Part shown: positions 1-7,041 of the stretch, one piece after another
How positions within the stretch are numbered: position 1 is the first letter of the stretch
Layout: each line of letters begins with the position of its first letter
Assembly (NCBI GenBank): GCA_050298595.1
Contig: JBNKUM010000032.1
Location: 1 to 24,183 of the forward strand
DNA length: 24,183 nt
From: Gammaproteobacteria bacterium
Lineage (GTDB): Bacteria > Pseudomonadota > Gammaproteobacteria > GCA-001735895
Direction: 5' to 3'
Position numbers and translations under genes: made by a program
The notes under the pieces: generated by a model
The model's input: only the letters and a program-made list of their open reading frames with translations
Databases searched by the model: none
What the model was told of the DNA's origin: nothing

Positions 1-78
1 TAACGTTTACCGTAACCGGCGTGCAAAAGTATAGCGAAGCGGCTCTTTTGCACGTCCGAGTTGATGACGTTGTTGAGC
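1..78 (-). other. Integron attC site (truncated by the window edge)
   Basis: Minus strand: R'' GCTCAAC (78-72), inner stem GTGCAAAAG...CTTTTGCAC, R' GTTA at 4-1. It follows the GFA gene stop by 12 nt. Confidence 0.85.
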
Positions 79-90
79 GTCATATATGCT

Positions 91-438
91 TCAAAGAGCA
101 CGACCGTTGAAATGTTTAACGGGGAGAGATGAAAGCTCAACCCCTTCAAGGCAGCGGACGTTCACCGCTGCCATGTGATTGCCAGAAGGGTCGGTTCCTT
201 CACCGAAAGGGTGTATTCCGCACTTTGGGCAGAACCGATATTTGATTGTGTGTTTGCCAAATGTGTAGGTGCTCATATTTTCGTCTGGCGTGAGCAACCT
301 AAGCTGTTGCCGTGGAACGAACCAAAGAAGTGATCCTTTTCGGGAACAGATTGAGCAATTGCAGTCTATGACTTGCGTGAGTTCGCCTTCAACTTCAAAG
401 GCGATTTGCCCGCAATGACAGCTACCATTAAAAATCAT
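91..438 (-). CDS. GFA/CENP-V family Zn-binding protein, carried as an integron cassette (about 4..520)
   Basis: GSCHCG, CNCSIC and FCPKCG motifs and an AVNVRCL end; AAGGAG RBS. The cassette start GTTGGGCGTCA (521-511) is complementary, with 1 mismatch, to TGACGCTCAAC at its own attC. Confidence 0.9.
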   Translation of the reverse strand: MIFNGSCHCGQIAFEVEGELTQVIDCNCSICSRKGSLLWFVPRQQLRLLTPDENMSTYTFGKHTIKYRFCPKCGIHPFGEGTDPSGNHMAAVNVRCLEGVELSSLPVKHFNGRAL

Positions 439-514
439 TTCGTAGCTCCTTTAGATATTCGAGAACTTGTGTTTCCACGGTTTCTTGCCTCACGTGAGTG
501 GTGGGATGTTTGAC

Positions 515-552
515 GCCCAACAGATGTTTTAACGAGACCCCTTGTCTCGTTA
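515..552 (-). other. attI-like site heading the minus-strand cassette array
   Basis: Minus strand TAAAACATCT-GTTGGGC resembles attI1 TAAAACAAA-GTTRRRY, and no attC hairpin lies upstream of this core. Adjacent 9-bp inverted repeat TAACGAGAC/GTCTCGTTA (530-552). Confidence 0.5.
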
Positions 553-596
553 TACTTTTCTAGTAAGACCTCTTTATAACACTGTAAGCATTCTAT

Positions 597-609
597 AATC
601 AATGAGTTA
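597..609 (+). promoter_or_regulatory. IHF consensus site
   Basis: AATCAATGAGTTA matches WATCAANNNNTTR exactly and lies near the attI-like site. Confidence 0.45.
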
Positions 610-767
610 GCGAATCATTGTTCAGTTATACATTTCAAATAAGTCGTGACATAAGATAAATACTAATTTTGAGAGTGAATTTTCAAAATTGATCGCTGAT
701 TTTTACTGCACCCTATACGAGCTAACTGAATATATCTAAGACTTCGACTTTACCAGCCGGGTCAGAG

Positions 768-1388
768 TCAGGCCGCTTCAGGTTCTTTGTCACTCTCTTC
801 AAAGCCTTCAGTAAGGACTTCATTCTTTTCTGTCAGAATCCCTCCCAATCCATCATCAACCCCCGTAGAACGAGCCTCCGAGCGTTTGCGTATCTCATGC
901 ATTTCATCCGAGGTCATGTCGCGGATTGTTAGGTCTGGCAAGTCGTCTGTATTGGACTCATGCAAGCCCCTTTGGTTAATGCCAAGAGACTGTCTGAGAG
1001 CGTCACCAGTAAGCTTTAGTCCGGTAGCGGCTGAAGATAGCGCCCTCATTATTTGACCCGCCTCATGGGCGTCTGTGGGGCTATGTTTCTCTATGTGTTC
1101 AAGGGTATTGAATATACTTGAGCGTATACGATGAGTAAGTATAAGATCATCACGAACCAAAGCCGCGAGCTCTTTTTTCACGGCTGAATCTGATAGAGTG
1201 CTGAGTAGTTCTTTTTGTGCCTCTTCGATGATCTCTTGTTTGATCGAGCCTTTAGGTATGGATTTGATGTGACGTTTGACGGTGGATAGAGAGACGCCGA
1301 CTTTTTCAGCAATAGAGGGTAGGGAATACCCGGCTGATCTGAGGGTGACTATCTGGGCTTTCTGGTCTGGGGTGGTGTGTCTGGACAT
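768..1388 (-). CDS. N-terminal helix-turn-helix DNA-binding protein (possibly terminase small subunit-like)
   Basis: HTH pattern GYSLPSIAEKVGVSLSTVKRH, a helical middle region and an acidic tail (DDLPDLTIRDMT). The HTH is clear; the TerS-like assignment is inference only. Confidence 0.7.
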   Translation of the reverse strand: MSRHTTPDQKAQIVTLRSAGYSLPSIAEKVGVSLSTVKRHIKSIPKGSIKQEIIEEAQKELLSTLSDSAVKKELAALVRDDLILTHRIRSSIFNTLEHIEKHSPTDAHEAGQIMRALSSAATGLKLTGDALRQSLGINQRGLHESNTDDLPDLTIRDMTSDEMHEIRKRSEARSTGVDDGLGGILTEKNEVLTEGFEESDKEPEAA

Positions 1389-1412
1389 AACTCGGACTTA
1401 TCCCTGTTATTT

Positions 1413-1507
1413 AAAAAACTACCGGTAGAAAGGCACAATCACCCCTACCCATACGCACAAAGCTATACGGTTAGGGATGTGCCAAGTCTACCGGAACTAC
1501 CGTATAG
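1413..1507 (-). promoter_or_regulatory. Structured leader: long hairpin plus U6 tract, with a competing stem
   Basis: Pairings CCGGTAGA/TCTACCGG (1422-29/1487-94), GGCACA/TGTGCC and CCCTA/TAGGG, followed by TAG-TTTTTT on the minus strand. Alternative stem CTATACGGT/ACCGTATAG (1463-71/1499-1507). Confidence 0.5.
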
Positions 1508-1806
1508 AAACTTGCTACTCAACATCATTGCATTTTGTATCAAGAGAATAATTTAGTTGAGTCAAGGCACTCATTATTCACTTTCACCGGCACTGACTGC
1601 AATGCCCTAAATGGGTCACTCGGCCTGTTGGACTGTTGCCGGATAACTTCTTATCCTCATCATCGATTGATGACTTTTACAACTGCGCCCGAACGTACGT
1701 GATCACCGGTAAAGCGCAGAGGTTTAATGCTCTATATTATAGTCAAATTTTCAATAATTTCACAAAAAAACTTAATTAATTCAAAACCTTATACTAACGA
1801 CCTGGC

Positions 1807-2352
1807 TTAGCCAATTGCAGAATATAAAGTTTGTCTGGTGACAGAGTATTCCGCAGCAATAGCTTTTTTGGTTTCACCAGCCGCTATACGTTTCTTGATA
1901 ATGGCAATATCATCATTTGTGAGCTTTTTCTTGGCCCCTATTTGCTTTCCTTTTAACTTTGCTTGAGCCATACCCTCACGACGCCTTTCATTGATTAGTG
2001 AGCGCTCAAATTCACTTACCGCGCCCAAAAGCTGTAGCATGAGTTGCTGCATGGGGTTGTCGCTTCCGTTAAATGTAAGATTCTCTTTATGGAATTGGAC
2101 TGAGACTCCAGAAGTTGTCAATTGCTTTACTAGGCTCAGCAGGTCTTCGAGATTTCGTGCCAGTCGGTCAATGCTATGGACATGCAAGACATCGCCTTCA
2201 CGTAGCCATTCAAGGCATGATTGGAGTTCAGGTCTTTTTGTATCCTTGGCGCTTACTTTTTCTTCAAAAGTTTTATCCAGCGGGATTCCAACCAATTGCC
2301 GATCAGTATTTTGACCGTAGCTACTGACCCTGATGTATCCGACGTTTGACAT
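1807..2352 (-). CDS. Serine recombinase (resolvase/invertase family)
   Basis: Catalytic motif GYIRVSS..Q...RQ, plus LREGD...HSIDRLARN, EFERSLI.ER..EG and a C-terminal HTH (KKAIAAEYSVTRQTLY). AGGA RBS. Confidence 0.93.
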   Translation of the reverse strand: MSNVGYIRVSSYGQNTDRQLVGIPLDKTFEEKVSAKDTKRPELQSCLEWLREGDVLHVHSIDRLARNLEDLLSLVKQLTTSGVSVQFHKENLTFNGSDNPMQQLMLQLLGAVSEFERSLINERRREGMAQAKLKGKQIGAKKKLTNDDIAIIKKRIAAGETKKAIAAEYSVTRQTLYSAIG

Positions 2353-2370
2353 AATGTGTGTCCTAAATAA

Positions 2371-2500
2371 GTGTATGATTGAATCTTAGACTTAATTAGA
2401 CATAGTGTCAAATAAAAGAAAACCAACCTTTTTAGACACGAAGAAACAATCACTTATAGCGAATCACGTAAGTGTCTAACTTGCATACTTAATTTGACAG
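2371..2500. promoter_or_regulatory. res-like site (three resolvase subsites)
   Basis: Three inverted half-site pairs upstream of the resolvase: TGTATGA..TTAGACA (2372-2402), GTGTCAAA..TTAGACAC (2405-2439) and TGTCTAA..TTTGACA (2473-2499). Confidence 0.65.
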
Positions 2501-2640
2501 GTCCTATTAAATTGTTTTTTTTGGTTGCTGGTTGAGCAGGTATAAGTTGGTAGTTTTCAAACTGAACTCGTGGCGAGGAATCATTTCTGTGGTGAGATTC
2601 TAATATCGAAATTTTTTTCAAATTTAATTTAACGTCCTTT

Positions 2641-2955
2641 ACTGTGAAGTCGGATCATCTAAGCCGAAATATCGGACTTATTTTAGTCGCCTTCAAGATT
2701 CAGGTATTAAGTTCGTAGCTGCTGATATGCCTAAAGCGAACGAAACCATGGTCCATTTTATGGTAGTCATAGCTCGGCAGGTCAGGACTAAAAAACTCAC
2801 AGGACTGGGCATGCAAGGTTCGCAAGCATATTGGCCATGCGAGGAAATTTGGGTGTAGTTCGTTGCAGTCGTTCGTTGATAATTTGAATAATGCGGGGAT
2901 CACGACTGCTAGAGGGAAAGGGTGGACTCGTGCTGCTGTTTCCCGGATTAGATAA
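2641..2955 (+). pseudogene. Decayed second serine recombinase (not in the ORF track)
   Basis: Manual translation gives VKSDHLSRN (cf. AKLDRLSRN), a frameshift near 2683, SRLQDSGIKFVAADMPKANETMVHFMVVIARQ, and C-terminal GCSSLQSFVDNLNNAGITTARGKGWTRAAVSRIR*. There is an internal deletion and no intact N-terminus. Confidence 0.75.
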
Positions 2956-3011
2956 TTGAAAGTGTATTGACTTATATTTGATCTGACAAGCAGTGAATCA
3001 GGTCTTGATTT

Positions 3012-3132
3012 TATCCTGCAAAATTACACATAGCGGTCATTCAAGAAATTGATGTGTATGCCGCTATCGACCCTTCAGAGACATTCCTGACGCACTGTAG
3101 GGAACGGCAAGTCAGTGCCAACTGCTGACATT
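3012..3132. repeat. Cluster A: three ~30-bp imperfect palindromes
   Basis: TATCCTGCAAAATTACACATAGCGGTCATT (3012-3041), TATGCCGCTATCGACCCTTCAGAGACATT (3057-3085) and AACGGCAAGTCAGTGCCAACTGCTGACATT (3103-3132). Spacers are 15 and 17 bp. Confidence 0.7.
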
Positions 3133-3190
3133 GATTAATTGAACTATGAAAAAGAACATACTAATAAAATAATGTGGCATATCACAATAA

Positions 3191-3844
3191 ATGTCATCAG
3201 AATGTGGTTACCTTTATGAAAAATGGTTTGAACAATTAGATATGGATATAAGAGCTTTAATCATTGGATTTAGTTTCGGCTCACTAATAATAGCGAATTT
3301 AGTGGCGATTTGGTGGTATATAGATGAAAGAGGATTTGAACCGTTTATCACATCACTACTTATATTTGCTGCAATTACAGGTATTTTCGTTGAAAAGTGG
3401 ATTGCCGAGAGAGATAAGCGAAAAGAATTATTGGTGGGTTTAGCTCATGAATTGTTTATAAACATGAACAAACTAAAGGATGGAATATTCACCCCCACCC
3501 CTTCGGAAATGGGGAAGTTCGTGTTTTATCCACGCCTTGAATCTATCGTTGTAAATTCAGTTATTTGGTCAGGATCGTTTTCTGGTAAAAAGGATAAGGA
3601 CTTCTTTAAACAAATACATATTTGGCGAGAGAAGTGTCAGCAATTTAATAGACTACTAGATCAGACCGAAACAGCATGCATGCTGAATTCATCTACTTGG
3701 AATATCACCAAGTGGCGTGAAACGGTTTCATCGGGTGTTGTAAGAAAGAAAATTCTTGAGGCCTATAATGGAATAACTAACGAAATTTTGGGGAAGTATT
3801 CTAAAGAATCTGGGATTGATAAAAATACAGATTTATTTAAATGA
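3191..3844 (+). CDS. Hypothetical membrane protein, cassette-derived (start may be ATG 3242)
   Basis: Two N-terminal hydrophobic segments followed by a helical soluble domain. A degenerate attC follows the stop. Confidence 0.75.
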   Translation: MSSECGYLYEKWFEQLDMDIRALIIGFSFGSLIIANLVAIWWYIDERGFEPFITSLLIFAAITGIFVEKWIAERDKRKELLVGLAHELFINMNKLKDGIFTPTPSEMGKFVFYPRLESIVVNSVIWSGSFSGKKDKDFFKQIHIWREKCQQFNRLLDQTETACMLNSSTWNITKWRETVSSGVVRKKILEAYNGITNEILGKYSKESGIDKNTDLFK

Positions 3845-3851
3845 AAGTAGC

Positions 3852-3957
3852 ATCTGACAAAGCAAATTCATCCGACCCATTTCCGTAGTGTTTCGTTTGT
3901 GGCAAATGCCACGAATCTCAATCCACTCCTATGGTCGGTTGATTTGTGGTGTTTAAT
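3852..3957 (+). other. Degenerate attC site
   Basis: R''-like ATCTGAC, arms GCAAATTCATCCGACC and GGTCGGTTGATTTGT, R'-like GTTTAAT (3951-3957). Both cores deviate from consensus. Confidence 0.6.
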
Positions 3958-4245
3958 GTCTCTTTCGGGTCCAGTCTGTGTGAAAACTATATTCCATTTT
4001 TTCAAATGGAATATGCGGGCTTATATAGAATCAATTTCGTATTATTTGTGGTAATTGAGTTCTAAAAAATCCTGAAAAATTACCCCGTAGTGGGAAATTT
4101 TTTTGGTGTCATCAAATTGAAGCGAGTTTTCACACAGCCTGGGTCATCAGAAATCATTTAAGGTCAGCAAGTGAATGACTCCTTCCTGGAAGCGGTCATT
4201 CCGGGTTAATGAGTGATTGTCTCCGGTGTGCCAGGAGCGGTCATT
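3955..4245. repeat. Cluster B: three ~30-bp imperfect palindromes (first one split by a MITE)
   Basis: Reconstituted AATGTCTCTTTCGGGTCATCAGAAATCATT (3955-3971 + 4146-4158), AATGACTCCTTCCTGGAAGCGGTCATT (4174-4200) and ATTGTCTCCGGTGTGCCAGGAGCGGTCATT (4216-4245). Both spacers are 15 bp. Confidence 0.75.
3972..4141. mobile_element. 170-bp MITE, copy 1 (ends resemble the IS1182 family)
   Basis: TIRs CAGTCTGTGTGAAAACT and AGTTTTCACACAGCCTG, flanked by a GGTC direct repeat (3968-71, 4142-45). No ORF. Confidence 0.88.
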
Positions 4246-4247
4246 GA

Positions 4248-4323
4248 TTGTTTTACCTATGATTGAGGATATAATGCAACATAAGTCAATATGCGTGCGT
4301 GTAATATAATCAGCTGTTAAAAC
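4248..4323 (+). other. attI-like head of the plus-strand array, with a candidate cassette promoter
   Basis: Core GTTAAAAC (4316-4323) is complementary to GTTTTAAC at the first cassette's attC, but no attC hairpin precedes it. TTGTTT-16-TATAAT (4248-4275) lies upstream. Confidence 0.5.
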
Positions 4324-4343
4324 TCACTTAATCGGATATCTCT

Positions 4344-5249
4344 ATGGAATCAATGGAAGTTATAGAGAAAGAACAAGATGTATTTGAAATCACAATAGAT
4401 TTTGAGGTTGGCGGTGACCCTAATCGCATCTATAAGACAATGGTAAGTCTATTGGATTCATTTAGGGGGTTAGATGGAGCGCTCACCGAAATGCTCGGCA
4501 TCGAAATAACTGATTCTCTTTCCTTAGAGGGTATAGAAAATGGGTCTCTGAAAACCATTATAAGAAACCTTATTGAAGACGTGCCAGATAAGGATTTAAG
4601 GGAATTTAACGTGAAGCGATTGATTGGTCATTACCTAATTAAATCAAAGTATTCAATTCTAAGGTGGTGTCAAGAGACGCCAAAATTGGATTCTCCAGAT
4701 CAGGTGAAAATTTTGGAAGGTGAGCTTTTAAAAATTGCAGAGGAATCTAATATTAACCAAATTCCCGCATATTCTCCTCCAAATAGAGTTAAGTTATTAA
4801 CAAGCATTACAGAAATTCAGAAGTCGACCAAGTATTTAGGGCGAAACGACGCGGTATTTTTTTCTTCACTTGAAGGAAATTCAAAAGTAAGTAATGGCAT
4901 TGAAATATCAGAGGCGATAGTTCGAGAGGTGCTAACTCGTGAGGTAGTAGAAGAAAGGACAACCTCTATCCTAAAAGTTAAAAAACCAGACTATCTTGGT
5001 AAGTCAAAATGGCTTATGAAGTTTCAAGGCCACAATGTGGACGTAGCTATATCTGATACCGAGTGGCTAGAGAAATTTCAGAATAAAGAAATAGCGCTCC
5101 AACCCGGAGATTCTATTAAGGGGGAGTTGCTGCGGGTTATATCGTATGGCCATGATTTGGAGATACTTTCAATTAGTTACCACCTTGAAAGTATTCATGA
5201 AATAATTGAAGCACCAAAGCTTATTCAGTCTAGCTTTGAAAAGTTTTAA
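4344..5249 (+). CDS. Hypothetical protein, integron cassette (4317..5306)
   Basis: 301-aa ORF filling the cassette. Its stop codon lies inside the attC R'' box. Confidence 0.85.
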   Translation: MESMEVIEKEQDVFEITIDFEVGGDPNRIYKTMVSLLDSFRGLDGALTEMLGIEITDSLSLEGIENGSLKTIIRNLIEDVPDKDLREFNVKRLIGHYLIKSKYSILRWCQETPKLDSPDQVKILEGELLKIAEESNINQIPAYSPPNRVKLLTSITEIQKSTKYLGRNDAVFFSSLEGNSKVSNGIEISEAIVREVLTREVVEERTTSILKVKKPDYLGKSKWLMKFQGHNVDVAISDTEWLEKFQNKEIALQPGDSIKGELLRVISYGHDLEILSISYHLESIHEIIEAPKLIQSSFEKF

Positions 5250-5312
5250 CAAAGCTATCAATTTGACCGCCTTACGCTGCGCTTCAGGCGGCAAATTATG
5301 GCGGCGTTATAA
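5244..5312 (+). other. attC site
   Basis: R'' TTTTAAC, arms ATCAATTTGACCGCCT and AGGCGGCAAATTAT, R' GTTATAA (5306-5312). Confidence 0.88.
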
Positions 5313-5341
5313 GCCAACAGGCATCGGTGGCAAGGAATGAT

Positions 5342-5968
5342 ATGAAAAATAAATTGTTGGACTCAGTAACTATATTTGCCACAGGAATGTCGGCTGCCGA
5401 TTGGGCATGGAAAATATTGACCATTTTCATTATCGGCGGTAGCGGCACCGCAACAGGGTTCATTGCATCTGAACTCCCTTTTTTCAAGGAACTCGGCAGC
5501 ATTGCATATATTGCAATTGGGCTAATATGCGCAATCAGCATGGCTCTTATTTTCTACTTGATTAAGTCCGCTGAAGGGCAGTCAGCTTATGCTGAATACA
5601 CAAGAGCAGTGAGCCAGCCAAAGAGTCATGTTAATCCATTATTAGAGAGCTTTAAGGACCAAGTCCTTGCAATTGAAGACCTCCGTATACCAGGTGTGCT
5701 TGTACACGAGAATAAGCATTTCAAACGATGTAAGTTTGTTGGCCCCGGTGCTATCGCCCTCCTTGGAGGTAGTTTTATTAATACAGGATTCAGCGATACT
5801 GGTGACATAATTCCGATACCAGATAACACTAGGATTACAGGCATAGTAATGTTAAAAAACTGCACTGTTGAGGAGTGCATGTTTTATCGCACAACCATAT
5901 TGATGCACGAAGAGCAGGCCATTGGGGCAGCTAAATCAGTGCCCGGAATGAAAGTTGCAGGTAAGTAA
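5342..5968 (+). CDS. Hypothetical membrane-anchored protein, integron cassette (5307..6048)
   Basis: ATG 5342 with an AAGGA RBS is preferred over GTG 5327. Two hydrophobic helices, then a beta-helix-like region (ENKHFKRCKFVGP...LKNCTVEECMF). Confidence 0.82.
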   Translation: MKNKLLDSVTIFATGMSAADWAWKILTIFIIGGSGTATGFIASELPFFKELGSIAYIAIGLICAISMALIFYLIKSAEGQSAYAEYTRAVSQPKSHVNPLLESFKDQVLAIEDLRIPGVLVHENKHFKRCKFVGPGAIALLGGSFINTGFSDTGDIIPIPDNTRITGIVMLKNCTVEECMFYRTTILMHEEQAIGAAKSVPGMKVAGK

Positions 5969-5970
5969 GC

Positions 5971-6054
5971 TTATAACAAGCGCGGTCAACATGGACTGGC
6001 CTTCCGCGCCACTTCGTTTTGCTACAGGCCAGCCAGTTACCGCGGACGTTATGC
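5971..6054 (+). other. attC site
   Basis: R'' (GC)TTATAAC is complementary to the cassette start GTTATAAGC. Arms CGCGGTCAACATGG..TGGCCT and AGGCCAGCCAGTTACCGCG; R' GTTATGC (6048-6054). Confidence 0.9.
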
Positions 6055-6069
6055 GTATAGGTTAGTGTC

Positions 6070-6948
6070 ATGTTTATAGCAAAAATTGCAAATTACTTTG
6101 GCCTTGGCTGTGAGAGAAAATACTACAATGATGACTCATCCACATTAAGCCTAACTTCTTGTCGTTTAGGTAAATATAAAGTCCTTATAGATCAACATGC
6201 AATTAATGTTTCTCGTGAAGATATGAAATCAAAAAAGATTCCTACGACAACACTGAAAATTGAAGGCGTAAAGACATTTACTGAAGGAAAAAACATAGCC
6301 AATGATATATGCAGCTTATTATCATTTGCTTCAATGTCACAAGTTGTAGCTTATGAATATGAATTTGGACAAAATAAAAAGAGAATGTCATTCATAGCTG
6401 AGGCTTTATACTTTAGGCCTGTGATTGAAACAAATGACGGTGAATCCATTAAAAACTTTCTTGAATATACTTGGGTAAACTACAGGAAATTAAAAAGTAA
6501 AAGAAGAATTAGCGAAGTTATTCATATGCTCACAACATGTGAACTTCCCAGTCTTCCACTAGAAGTTAAGCTTGGCCAAATGTTCATAATTCTTGAAAAT
6601 CTAAAAAGCACATATGCCAGATATTGTGAAATTCCTTTTATTGCAGGTTATTATAGAGAAATTAGTACACCTCCAAAGAGTAATCCAAAAAAAGAAAAGA
6701 CGTTGTCATTTGAGAATCTTCTTTCGCAAATGTTAAAAAATACCAACATTAATGTAGGCTTAAAAAGAATAATTCGTTTAAGAAACGAAATCATTCATTT
6801 TGGCCTATCACGAAAACCTTATTCATCGCTTAATAATGATTATAATTTTTGTCAGGACGTGGTTAGAGAGTATTTATTAAAAACACTGGGCTATCATGGC
6901 GATTACTTCATATATAGTAAAGCGTGTGGGCAAACTAAGTGCATATAA
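6070..6948 (+). CDS. Putative HEPN-domain protein (ApeA-like), integron cassette (6049..7035)
   Basis: C-terminal RxxxxH motif RNEIIH in a helical domain, preceded by IILENL. Beta-rich N-terminal half. Confidence 0.7.
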   Translation: MFIAKIANYFGLGCERKYYNDDSSTLSLTSCRLGKYKVLIDQHAINVSREDMKSKKIPTTTLKIEGVKTFTEGKNIANDICSLLSFASMSQVVAYEYEFGQNKKRMSFIAEALYFRPVIETNDGESIKNFLEYTWVNYRKLKSKRRISEVIHMLTTCELPSLPLEVKLGQMFIILENLKSTYARYCEIPFIAGYYREISTPPKSNPKKEKTLSFENLLSQMLKNTNINVGLKRIIRLRNEIIHFGLSRKPYSSLNNDYNFCQDVVREYLLKTLGYHGDYFIYSKACGQTKCI

Positions 6949-6951
6949 ATC

Positions 6952-7041
6952 GCATAACAAGCCAAATCAACATGGATCGTTAAAAGCGTTGCGCTAAAAA
7001 CACGCAACACTTTTAACGCCCAGCTATTTGCGACGTTATGA
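6952..7041 (+). other. attC site
   Basis: R'' (C)GCATAAC is complementary to the cassette start GTTATGCG. Inner stem CGTTAAAAGCGTTGCG/CGCAACACTTTTAACG; R' GTTATGA (7035-7041). Confidence 0.9.

Noticed and set aside
2700-2903. 67-aa minus-strand ORF
   Set aside because: It is the antisense shadow of the serine recombinase pseudogene.
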